A stretch of DNA of 46,382 nt, taken from positions 1 to 46,382 of the forward strand of contig JAJPEA010000001.1 in assembly GCA_023252335.1 (NCBI GenBank). The letters run 5' to 3'. This document shows positions 20,315 to 29,282 of this stretch, piece after piece (the stretch's first letter is position 1; each line of letters begins with the position of its first letter). The notes beneath the pieces are model-generated. The model had not been told where the DNA came from, did no database searches, and was given only the letters and a program-made list of their open reading frames with translations. The stretch is from Nitrosotalea sp. (lineage in GTDB: Archaea; Thermoproteota; Nitrososphaeria; Nitrososphaerales; Nitrosopumilaceae). A program made the position numbers and the translations under genes.

Positions 20315-21471
20315 TTTATCAAAACCAATTCCTTTTGGACAATTGCATTATCAGTCTCATTTAGATCCATTTCAATAGACTTGTTTTTTATACAATAAAG
20401 AAGATATGGAAGATAAAAAGTTGAAAACGTACTACGTGATACGTGCATTTGTTTTGCAAGACTTGCAGTCAATCCCTTGATTGCCATACCATCCCATCTT
20501 ATTCTATTAAGAGTAGGCCATGGAAGATTAAACTTGGAATATTTTACTGTCACTCCAGGTTTGTATAATTTTAATAAAATACCATCAAGATATCGTAAGA
20601 GTCGCCATTCCTGTTTTCGCATTATTTTTCCATACAACATATCAGCTTCAGACAAGACATCTAACATTTCCTTTAGCACGGTTGCAGGTAGAGAGCTTGT
20701 TATTATACTTGAATAAAATGCGTTAATCTTTTCCCTAGGATCAATTCTCAATGAATAAAGTATTGTCTGAGCTTCTTCAATAGATTTGGCATTGAAAAAT
20801 AAATTTAGAGATTCTTCCAAATCATTTGTCACGTATGACTTGTCAAGTTGAGGTTCAAATCCTCCAGACAATGCCTGGGCAGAATTCAAAATTGACCTAA
20901 TGTCACCACGTGAATCAATGATCATTTTTATCATATTACCAATTTTTATTGATGCGCCTTCTCGTTTCAGAATTTCTTCAACGTACAATCTCATCAATCT
21001 AGGAGGAAGAGATCGGAGTTTCACTGTAGTTGTAACTTTTTTTATGGCCTTCATCTTGTCAGACGAGTCAGAATTTGCTGCAAGAATTATCGGTATGGTA
21101 GACTCCTTCAGTATGTCAATTAGCGCATCTACACCACCAAAGTCAGCTCTTCCATGTATTCCATCCACTTCGTCAACGAAGATCATTGGATTTCCAAGTA
21201 CACTACGGTTGCCAAGAATTGGGTTGAGAATTTCTTGAATTTTCTGTTTGCTTCTTACATCACTTGCATTCATGCTGATTAGATCATAACCAAACTGCTT
21301 TGATCCCAATACAGCCATGGTTGTTTTACCTATACCAGGTGGACCGATTAATAGGAGAGGTTTTGTTCCTTTGATCCATTTACCAAGCCATTTTACAAAG
21401 GATTCTTTTGCTTCTTCGTTTCCAACCATCTCAAGCAGATTCTTGGGCCTATATTTCTCAGACCACATCAT
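20311..21471 (-). CDS. rfcL: Replication factor C large subunit
   Basis: WSEKYRP, GPPGIGKTT, MNASDVR, DEVDGI. Confidence 0.88.
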   Translation of the reverse strand: MMWSEKYRPKNLLEMVGNEEAKESFVKWLGKWIKGTKPLLLIGPPGIGKTTMAVLGSKQFGYDLISMNASDVRSKQKIQEILNPILGNRSVLGNPMIFVDEVDGIHGRADFGGVDALIDILKESTIPIILAANSDSSDKMKAIKKVTTTVKLRSLPPRLMRLYVEEILKREGASIKIGNMIKMIIDSRGDIRSILNSAQALSGGFEPQLDKSYVTNDLEESLNLFFNAKSIEEAQTILYSLRIDPREKINAFYSSIITSSLPATVLKEMLDVLSEADMLYGKIMRKQEWRLLRYLDGILLKLYKPGVTVKYSKFNLPWPTLNRIRWDGMAIKGLTASLAKQMHVSRSTFSTFYLPYLLYCIKNKSIEMDLNETDNAIVQKELVLIK

Positions 21472-21477
21472 ACCAGA

Positions 21478-22596
21478 TCACTTGGGAATCTTGGATTGGA
21501 ACTCATTCCACAGTTTTTCTTTTGAAAGTTGATTAAACCAATACATGTTATAGTGCTCTACAGTCAGAAAGAGAAACTCAAGAAAATCTTTGTGTGAGAA
21601 ATTCTCAGGTAATAATTCTAGAGCAAGTCTTGCCTCCCCTAGGTAAATGTCACTTTTTTTCATGGTAAAATCAAATCCTTTTTGAACATCGCCTGTAAGA
21701 AATGTGTAATATAGTGGCCATGAAGGAACTTTAACAAATTTATTTTTTATAGAATCTTCAATTTCATTTCCGCATCCAACAGATTCTGCGGCTTTTGCCA
21801 TTCCAAGATAAAATATTTCACCAAGTGGAAATCGTGCAAGAGTCATGTTTTTTCCTGCAGTTCCCATTACTGCTCTATATTTTTTGTAACATTGAATCAT
21901 CTCTTCTTCCGATATACTCTTAGGACTCATTTTTAATTTAAAATCAATGTATTGACCCACTCTTGCATCTTTGAAACCTCGTTCAAATTCTTCCAAAACT
22001 TCCTTACCTCCAACAGAAATCTTGTCTCTTGCAAGTTTCAAGATGTATGGATTCATCAGCTTGTAATCATCCAAAAATTCTATATCTTCATCCTTGTCCA
22101 TTATTCTATCCATTGGTTCACTTAGGTCAATTGCTATGATATGCCCATCAATGATATCGGTTTTTTTCTTAGAGTCATTGTCGTCACCAAAGTATTGAGT
22201 GGATGCATCATACAGTGCACTAAAAACTGGAAATGTCATTTTCACAAAATTTGAGTTGAGTATTCTTGATACCCTATCTAGAAGAGTATCGTAATTTTCT
22301 AGCCTTTTTCGTACTTCGTCTATCTGTGATTTTTGAAGAATTATCTCAGCAGAGCCTACTTCTTTGGCAAATTTTTCTTGAGTTTCAAATGGGTTAGGAT
22401 CAGATTTTATCTCATTGAGTAGATCTTCTGCAAATCTTTTGGTAAATTTTGGAAACTCTTCCTCTGCTTCCTTTTTGTATTTGTCAAATAGTCGATATCC
22501 CTTGCTTTTGAATAGTGCCTGTTTTACAATATCCTTGCCTGGCTTGGTAGACAATAGTGCCTCCTTGCTAAAGATAGATTCGTCTTTACTGCTCAC
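21478..22596 (-). CDS. Hypothetical protein, probable divergent isoprenoid-synthase-fold protein
   Basis: Long ORF; DRIMD, GQYID, K243 and NEIED collinear with polyprenyl synthase motifs; start taken at GTG 22596 (ORF track 22608). Confidence 0.6.
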   Translation of the reverse strand: MSSKDESIFSKEALLSTKPGKDIVKQALFKSKGYRLFDKYKKEAEEEFPKFTKRFAEDLLNEIKSDPNPFETQEKFAKEVGSAEIILQKSQIDEVRKRLENYDTLLDRVSRILNSNFVKMTFPVFSALYDASTQYFGDDNDSKKKTDIIDGHIIAIDLSEPMDRIMDKDEDIEFLDDYKLMNPYILKLARDKISVGGKEVLEEFERGFKDARVGQYIDFKLKMSPKSISEEEMIQCYKKYRAVMGTAGKNMTLARFPLGEIFYLGMAKAAESVGCGNEIEDSIKNKFVKVPSWPLYYTFLTGDVQKGFDFTMKKSDIYLGEARLALELLPENFSHKDFLEFLFLTVEHYNMYWFNQLSKEKLWNEFQSKIPK

Positions 22597-22682
22597 ACAA
22601 TGGCACAACTTTTTTGCTATTTATGCATTCAGTCTCTTTTTTTATTACTTCAAATAAATTAGGACTAGAAAAAGAAAAACTT

Positions 22683-23495
22683 GTGAAAGTAATTGACGTT
22701 TTAGAAGAAGCTGCAAAGAGAGTACATGCTAATGTAAAACATCTGGCAGGAACAAAAGAATCCGGTACAGACCATGGAATAGGTGCAGGTGGAGACATAT
22801 CTCGTAGAATTGACATTGTAGCAGAAAAAACTGTTCTTGATTACCTACGTGAGATAAATTTTGAATGTACAGTATTTGGAGAAGAATGTGGTATCGTTGA
22901 ATTGTCACCACATCCAAAAGGCTTTATCATAATGGATGCAATCGATGGCTCTACTAATGCAGTAAGAGGTTTACCATTCTTTTGTTGTTCACTTGCATAT
23001 ACGCCCGAAGACAAACTAAGTTCTGTTACAGATGGAGTAGTGATGGACTTGCATAACGGAGATTTGTACTCTGCGTCAAAGGGCAAAGGAGCATACATGA
23101 ATGGCAAAAAAATTCAAGTTCATAAAGAAAAGCCGATTTACTTTGTTGTTGGTGTCGACATTTCAGGAATTTCACCAGATGTCTTACCACAATTAGCACC
23201 AATTCTTTCAGCATCAAACCATGTAAGGCATTTTGGAGCTGTTGCACTTGAGCTTGCAATATTTGCTCGTGGACTGGTTGATGTATTTGTAGATCTACGA
23301 AAAAAATTAAGAATCACTGATGTTGCTGCAGGATATCTTATAGCACTAGAGGCTGGCGGATATGTAGTTGATGAAAATGGTATGCCGCTTGACTCAAAAC
23401 TGAATTATGATAAGAGAATTTCATTTGTCGCTGCTGCAAATGAAGAGACACTTGCTGATGTAAGGAAAAAACTAGGTTTATCACCCAAGATCTGA
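22683..23495 (+). CDS. Inositol monophosphatase / FBPase (SuhB-like)
   Basis: GEE, MDAIDGSTNA, RHFGAVALEL, DVAAGYLIALEAGG; start taken at GTG 22683. Confidence 0.9.
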   Translation: MKVIDVLEEAAKRVHANVKHLAGTKESGTDHGIGAGGDISRRIDIVAEKTVLDYLREINFECTVFGEECGIVELSPHPKGFIIMDAIDGSTNAVRGLPFFCCSLAYTPEDKLSSVTDGVVMDLHNGDLYSASKGKGAYMNGKKIQVHKEKPIYFVVGVDISGISPDVLPQLAPILSASNHVRHFGAVALELAIFARGLVDVFVDLRKKLRITDVAAGYLIALEAGGYVVDENGMPLDSKLNYDKRISFVAAANEETLADVRKKLGLSPKI

Positions 23496-23535
23496 GACTT
23501 AATTTCAGATTTGTCGTGTTCCCGAGAAAAATTTA

Positions 23536-23579
23536 TGGCGCCCTTGGCGGGATTTGAACACGCGTCGAGGCCGTGACAG
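23536..23579 (-). pseudogene. 3' fragment of tRNA-Asp(GTC) (anticodon loop to CCA)
   Basis: Reverse strand reads CT-GTC-AC GGCCT CGAC GCGTG TTCAAAT CCCGC CAAGGGC G CCA; 5' half absent; one T-stem mismatch. Confidence 0.8.
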
Positions 23580-23630
23580 AGTACCGGACTTTTAATCCGG
23601 CTGTCCGGGGTCCGAATCCCCGCGAACCCG
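23578..23630 (+). pseudogene. 3' fragment of tRNA-Lys(TTT) (from the D-stem 3' strand onward)
   Basis: AGAGT A CCGGA CT-TTT-AA TCCGG CTGTC CGGGG TCCGAAT CCCCG CGAACCC G; acceptor 5' strand and D-loop missing. Confidence 0.8.
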
Positions 23631-23719
23631 CTTATTTCCTATGTCCATTTCTGAGACTAGTAAAACTGTTACAAAATATCATTTTACACAAAATAGTCCC
23701 AAAAATAGAAAAATTCTAA

Positions 23720-23929
23720 CTAACTTAGGTTCAGTTCTGGAAACTCTGCCTGCTTGATTCCCAAGTCATGCTGGAGTGTTCTGATCTTCTTTGCATATTC
23801 AGCCATTCTGGTGGTATCACTCTGTACCTTGGCGATTTTGTATCCACGCCAGGCTTTTTTGAGTGCACCCCATGTCTGACCTGCAGTGTAGTTAGGGTTG
23901 TTCGTTTGTGGTTGTACGAATTGATACAT
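23720..23929 (-). CDS. Small basic helical hypothetical protein
   Basis: MYQFVQ...WGALKKAWRGYKIAK...FPEL, 69 aa from ATG 23929. Confidence 0.65.
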   Translation of the reverse strand: MYQFVQPQTNNPNYTAGQTWGALKKAWRGYKIAKVQSDTTRMAEYAKKIRTLQHDLGIKQAEFPELNLS

Positions 23930-24072
23930 TCTAAAAGATGAGTTGTAAAAATCAGATATCAGCACATATGTTAAGTAAAATCAATATAAAAGTCAAGTTT
24001 CTCGCATTAAATTGAGACATTTACTAATTTTATCTGTAAAAACTTTCAATTGTTGTGTGTTTTTGATATATT

Positions 24073-25542
24073 TTAGGTTTTGTTTTTTATCAATACGCTT
24101 ACAGCATTCTCAAGACTCCCAATTGCATCTCTTACTTCATTTGTTCTCTTTCGTGTACCTGTTTCGTACGCCTGAATCTTTCTTTTTCTATCTACAATCA
24201 TTCTCTGCTGTTCATGCTTACCAGAAGATCCTTGTGACCGTCTAGTTTCAAGGGATGATTCAGGGGTTGTAGACTGGATAATTTTGTAAAGATCCTTTGA
24301 ATCAATTTCGTTAGATGGAATTGATTTTTTTACTTCAGATATAGATAATCCAGTTAGAGACTTTTTTGAATTGGCTGCTATTTGTACTAGATGCCCAACT
24401 ATTTTGTGTGATACTCTAAATGGTATTCCTTTTCGTACCAAATGTTCTGCAATGTCAAGAGAAATAGAAAACCCACCATCAATTGCTTGTCGTAGTTTTT
24501 TCTCATTTACAGTCATGGTTTTAAGAAGAGAATTGACTACAATCAATGATGATATTATTATTTTTGAAGTTGGCCAAATTGAGACTTTGATTTGTTGAAG
24601 ATCTCGATTATATCCAGATGGAAGACCCTTTAGAGTTGACAATATTGCCATTTGATATCCTATTACTTGAGCAGTTTTGCCACGGATTAGCTCAAGTATA
24701 TCCGGATTTTTCTTTTGTGGCATGACACTTGACGTAGAAGTAAACTTGTCAGATAGTTCAAGGAAAGAAAATTCCGAAGTAGACCATATGATAAAATCTT
24801 CTGCCATCCTACTCAAATTTGTCATCAGGATGGAAGAGTTGCCCACATATTCTGCAACAAAGTCCCTTGATGAAGTTGCGTCAATGGAATTTTCAACTAA
24901 TCCCTTGAATCCAAGCATTTTTGCAGTAGACTGTCTATCAATTGGAATGCTTGTTCCGCCAACAGGCCCTGCTCCAAGAGGAGACTCGTTTATTCTGCCA
25001 TATGTGACATAAAATCTGTCAAGATCTCGAAATAGTGCATCGGCATATGCCAAAAGAAAATGAGAAAACAGTCCAACCTGAGCCTGTTGGAGATGTGTAT
25101 ACAGAGGTACAATCGTATTTTGGTATTTTTCTGCTAGTTGTATCAGTGTAGATATGATTTCGTTTAAACAAAAACAGACAATATTTACATCATCTCGTAT
25201 CTTCATGCGTATATCAAGTGTAACTTGATCATTTCTAGAGCGTGCAGTATGCATTTTCCCACCAGCTTCTTTTCCAGCTTTTTTTATCACTAGTGATTCA
25301 ATTAGTTCATGAATGTCTTCAGCTTCTGATTTTTCAGAAAAGTTTTCTTTTTTGAGTTTCTCCAGAGCGGCAAGAATCTTTCCTGCTTCTGCTTTTGTTA
25401 TTATCTTATTATCGAAAAGCATCAGTGTGTGTGCCTGACTTCCAAGTATATCATATAGTGCAATTTGAAAGTCATCTGAAATTGATGAAAGAAATTCTAA
25501 TGTATTTTCATCTAGCTTTCCTTCTAATCTAGATCTGTACAT
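24073..25542 (-). CDS. argH: Argininosuccinate lyase
   Basis: EDIHE, HTARSRNDQV, YTHLQQAQ, SSVMPQKKNPD, YNRDLQ; true start likely MYRSRL (25542), not 25686. Confidence 0.95.
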   Translation of the reverse strand: MYRSRLEGKLDENTLEFLSSISDDFQIALYDILGSQAHTLMLFDNKIITKAEAGKILAALEKLKKENFSEKSEAEDIHELIESLVIKKAGKEAGGKMHTARSRNDQVTLDIRMKIRDDVNIVCFCLNEIISTLIQLAEKYQNTIVPLYTHLQQAQVGLFSHFLLAYADALFRDLDRFYVTYGRINESPLGAGPVGGTSIPIDRQSTAKMLGFKGLVENSIDATSSRDFVAEYVGNSSILMTNLSRMAEDFIIWSTSEFSFLELSDKFTSTSSVMPQKKNPDILELIRGKTAQVIGYQMAILSTLKGLPSGYNRDLQQIKVSIWPTSKIIISSLIVVNSLLKTMTVNEKKLRQAIDGGFSISLDIAEHLVRKGIPFRVSHKIVGHLVQIAANSKKSLTGLSISEVKKSIPSNEIDSKDLYKIIQSTTPESSLETRRSQGSSGKHEQQRMIVDRKRKIQAYETGTRKRTNEVRDAIGSLENAVSVLIKNKT

Positions 25543-25558
25543 CAATTTAGGAAATAGA

Positions 25559-25765
25559 ATGGTTATATATAGCATAGACGCTGATCTGCATTTGACCAGC
25601 CCATTTTGTCCAGCAATATTTGGATTCAAGATTGCACAAGACGTACATGACAACTTGCTCAAGATAGATGGAATCAACGATGTCAAGGTAAACGTTTCAA
25701 ATCATTTCATGGCAGAAGCCATAAACAATCAGGTAAACACTAGCAAGAATCCTAAAAAGCCTTAA
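25559..25765 (+). pseudogene. DUF59/SufT-like metal-sulfur cluster assembly factor, apparently 5'-truncated
   Basis: LHLTSPFCP motif and downstream beta strand present; N-terminal DPE motif absent. Confidence 0.65.
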
Positions 25766-25767
25766 TA

Positions 25768-26541
25768 TTATTTTCTAAATCCTAAGAGATATCCCCTGAG
25801 CAATTGTATTGCCATTGCAGGGTCTACACCTTTTGGACAGACTTGGCTACATGATCCAGCAAAGTGACATCTCCATATACCATGAGAGTCGTCCACAATT
25901 TTTAGCCTGTCATCTTTTCCTTTGTCTCGGTTATCTGCCACATACCTATAGGCTTGTGCAAGTCCCTGAGGACCAATAAATGACGTATCAGTAGCCATTG
26001 TTGGGCATGCAGAGTTACACAAACCACATTTGATGCAATAAGAGAACTGGAGAAACTTTTCAAGATCCTGCGGTGTTTGTATGAATTCTTTGGATTCAGG
26101 TGTTACCTCAGAATCTTCTCGGATGATAAATGGTTTCATTTTTTTGTGGTTTGAGATTAGTTGTTTAAAGTCAACTGCAAGATCCCTGATTATTGGAAAG
26201 TTATTCATGGGTTCAACTGTGATAACATTTGAGTTTAATTCTGAAACCTTTGTGTAACATGCAAGAGCTGGTCTTCCATTGATTTTCATCCCACAAGAAC
26301 CACATGATGCTTGTCTACAGGAATATCTCACTGCTACAGAGTGATCAAAGTTTTGTTTTACATACAGTATTGCCTCCAAGACTGTAGTCCATTTCTGCAC
26401 TGGAATTTGAAATTCTGAAAATGAAGGTTCTTGTCCTTCTGAAGGATTTGACCTAGCAATTCTAAGAGTAATGGTATTTGGTTGACTAGAAGTTTTTGTA
26501 TTTGACTCCTCAGATGGTTTTGGTGCTTCTACAACTGCCAT
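25768..26541 (-). CDS. sdhB: Succinate dehydrogenase Fe-S subunit
   Basis: SCRQASCGSCGM, CIKCGLCNSACP, CHFAGSCSQVCP. Confidence 0.95.
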   Translation of the reverse strand: MAVVEAPKPSEESNTKTSSQPNTITLRIARSNPSEGQEPSFSEFQIPVQKWTTVLEAILYVKQNFDHSVAVRYSCRQASCGSCGMKINGRPALACYTKVSELNSNVITVEPMNNFPIIRDLAVDFKQLISNHKKMKPFIIREDSEVTPESKEFIQTPQDLEKFLQFSYCIKCGLCNSACPTMATDTSFIGPQGLAQAYRYVADNRDKGKDDRLKIVDDSHGIWRCHFAGSCSQVCPKGVDPAMAIQLLRGYLLGFRK

Positions 26542-26543
26542 GT

Positions 26544-26888
26544 CTAAGAAACCCCCATTCCCGCCATCAATATAGTTCTTGAGCCATAAGCAATCAATAT
26601 TGCCATGGCTGCAAGGGATCCATAGTTAATCATTTTTTCATACGTGGAACCTTGTTTTAATTCCAAGAGTATTACTCTAAGACCATTAAAACCATGCACT
26701 GAAAGCAAAATCAGTATAGCTTCCAACATCAATGCATATGGGAGAAAATGATAGTTTGTAATTACGTTTTGATATTGTAATGAATCAGAAAACTTTTGTG
26801 ACATTCTCATCAGTATGTGTACAGCCACTAGTGCTACAGCTCCTAATGCTGTTCCATAATGTATTTTCATGATAATACTTTCTCTCAT
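26544..26888 (-). CDS. sdhD: Succinate dehydrogenase membrane anchor
   Basis: Three TM helices, HGFNGLRVILLE; operon position; start taken at MRESII. Confidence 0.85.
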   Translation of the reverse strand: MRESIIMKIHYGTALGAVALVAVHILMRMSQKFSDSLQYQNVITNYHFLPYALMLEAILILLSVHGFNGLRVILLELKQGSTYEKMINYGSLAAMAILIAYGSRTILMAGMGVS

Positions 26889-26889
26889 C

Positions 26890-27324
26890 TTAATCACCAA
26901 GTAGTACTGATGCACCATACATCATGGCTAGTGCTGCAAGAGCAATTGAGACCCAGATGCAAAGTCTTTGTTTGTAGTTCAATGATGCTGCCTTGTATGG
27001 ATATTCAGGCTGGCCAGGTTTTCCAACTCCTATACCTCCATGGCCAAGCATGACTCGAATTCCATTTGCAGTATGAAATACACACATACCAATTACCAAT
27101 GTGAGAATGAGATGGCCCTCTATAGTTTGTGTGAGTTCCAGCATCTTGTCCCAGGCTATTTTGCCGTTGACAATTGCACTGGTTTCATAAATATGACCTA
27201 TCAAATATGCAAGTAACCCTAGTCCGCTAAGTCGCTGCAACCAATATGCAACACGCTCTAGCCCATATCGAGTGGGATTTGCCATTCCCTTTATGCCTTC
27301 ACGGTTTGACAATCTTTCTGCCAC
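26890..27324 (-). CDS. sdhC: Succinate dehydrogenase cytochrome b subunit
   Basis: LQRLSG, FHTANGIRV. Confidence 0.88.
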   Translation of the reverse strand: MAERLSNREGIKGMANPTRYGLERVAYWLQRLSGLGLLAYLIGHIYETSAIVNGKIAWDKMLELTQTIEGHLILTLVIGMCVFHTANGIRVMLGHGGIGVGKPGQPEYPYKAASLNYKQRLCIWVSIALAALAMMYGASVLLGD

Positions 27325-29036
27325 TAGTATTTCCTCTCCACTGGCTTGTATTTAGTAATAGTTACAGGATGTGTCTTCAGAACTGGCTCCTTGGTATCAT
27401 AATATACCAGAGTATGGTGTAAAAAGTTCTTATCATCCCTATCAGGATAATCAACTCTTGAATGTGCTCCTCTAGATTCCTTTCTTGCAATTGCACCCAT
27501 CAGAATAACTTCAGCAACGCGGAACATTGAATCAAGTTCCATGACGTTTGTAAAGTTCGTGTTATACTCTTTGGCTTTATCATCAACATGTTTCCAAGTT
27601 TTGCGCTGTAGTTGTCGTACTTGTTTTAGTCCCTCGACTAGATCATTTTCAGTTCTAAAGACATAAGCCTTTGAATTCATTATGTCAGTTAGTTCTTGTC
27701 GTACTTCGTATGGATTTACACTTCCACTTCCTCTAAAAATTCCGTCGTAGATTCTTTTTTCTTCAGTAGCAACCAAGTGCACTGGGAAAGGCGGTTGAGA
27801 TTTTCCTTCAAGAACATATTTTGCAGCAAGTTCTCCGGTTATCTTCCCCCATACGAGACATTCTGCTGTTGAGTTTGCTCCCAACCTATTTGCTCCATGT
27901 ACACTATTACATGCAACTTCTCCAGCTGCCCATATTCCTTGTATCTCTGTTGCACCATCTATGTTAGTATGAATTCCACCCATCATGTAATGACATACAG
28001 GCCTCACATCAATTGGTTCAGTGATTGGATCCACGCCAGAGAATTTTAGAGAGATTTCTCGGATTGCAGGTAATTTTCCAATAAGCACTTCTTTGCCAAG
28101 ATGTGTAAGATCTAATTTTAGACACTCTACTCCAGTTTCATTTTTGAAGCCTCTGCCTTCATTAATTTCTGTCATCATTGCACGAGAAACAACATCTCTT
28201 GAAGCAAGCTCAAGTTTGGTTGGCGCATATTTTTTCATAAATCGTTCTCCATCTTTATTTATCAGATATCCACCTTCGCCTCTTGCACCTTCTGTAATCA
28301 AAATTCCAGATGGTAATATTCCAGTTGGATGGAATTGAACAAATTCCATGTCTTTTAATGCCATCCCAGCACGATAAGCCATGTCTAATCCATCAGGAGT
28401 TGAAGCTAATGCATAAGTTGAAAAGCTGTAGACTCGTCCAGCACCTCCGGTCGCAATGATTAATGCTTTTGCCTTGAACGTATAGAAATTACCACTTGCA
28501 AGCTCGATTGCTGTAATGCCGCAAAAGCGTTGACCGTCATGGATTACAGACGTGACAAACCATTCATTGTAAAATTCAATGTTATCAAATTTCTGACAAG
28601 TGTCATAGAGAGTTTGCATTTCATAGAAACCGACTTTATCTTGAGCATATGTTGCACGATTAAAGCTATAACCTCCAAAAGCTCTCTGACCAATTCTTCC
28701 ATCTTCTCTTCTTGACCATGGCATTCCCCAATGCTCCAATTGGTATACTTCAGAGGGCATTTCCTGAACAAGTCTTTCAATCACATCTTGATCACCAAGA
28801 AAGTCACTTCCTTTCACAGTATCATATACATGAGATTCAAGAGAATCACCTTCTTCAGGATACAAAACAGCGGCTGTTCCACCTTCTGCAGATACAGAAT
28901 GTGAACGCATGACTTGGAGTTTTGAAACAACTCCAATCTTGAGCTTTGAACTTACTTTTGATGCTTGAATTGCCGCTCTAAGGCCAGCAAGGCCAGAACC
29001 CACTATCAAGAGATCAAGTTCTATGCTGTTGACCAT
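27324..29036 (-). CDS. sdhA: Succinate dehydrogenase flavoprotein
   Basis: GSGLAG, RSHSVSAEGG, QFHPTG, HYMMGG, HGANRLGANS, ESRGAH. Confidence 0.96.
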   Translation of the reverse strand: MVNSIELDLLIVGSGLAGLRAAIQASKVSSKLKIGVVSKLQVMRSHSVSAEGGTAAVLYPEEGDSLESHVYDTVKGSDFLGDQDVIERLVQEMPSEVYQLEHWGMPWSRREDGRIGQRAFGGYSFNRATYAQDKVGFYEMQTLYDTCQKFDNIEFYNEWFVTSVIHDGQRFCGITAIELASGNFYTFKAKALIIATGGAGRVYSFSTYALASTPDGLDMAYRAGMALKDMEFVQFHPTGILPSGILITEGARGEGGYLINKDGERFMKKYAPTKLELASRDVVSRAMMTEINEGRGFKNETGVECLKLDLTHLGKEVLIGKLPAIREISLKFSGVDPITEPIDVRPVCHYMMGGIHTNIDGATEIQGIWAAGEVACNSVHGANRLGANSTAECLVWGKITGELAAKYVLEGKSQPPFPVHLVATEEKRIYDGIFRGSGSVNPYEVRQELTDIMNSKAYVFRTENDLVEGLKQVRQLQRKTWKHVDDKAKEYNTNFTNVMELDSMFRVAEVILMGAIARKESRGAHSRVDYPDRDDKNFLHHTLVYYDTKEPVLKTHPVTITKYKPVERKY

Positions 29037-29282
29037 TATTCGACATTCTCCTTTCCACGCTTCATAAATATGTCTTGTGAAGGATTTTAATCAAGATATA
29101 TTACTATTATGTAAGTTTAGAGATAGTTTTTGAACCTCGTAGACTAACGTTTGACTTTCTCAGAAGATTTTCAAGATATTTCACAAGTTGTTGAAAAATA
29201 TTTCAATCAGAAAAAGTCAAGGCTAGAAAAAATGTCAAAGGTCGACTAAGCAATAAATAATTGTAAAATAGTATAGCCGCAG

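Noticed and set aside
25543-25686. N-terminal extension of argH in the ORF track
   Set aside because: It is the antisense of the DUF59 fragment; ArgH similarity begins at MYRSRL
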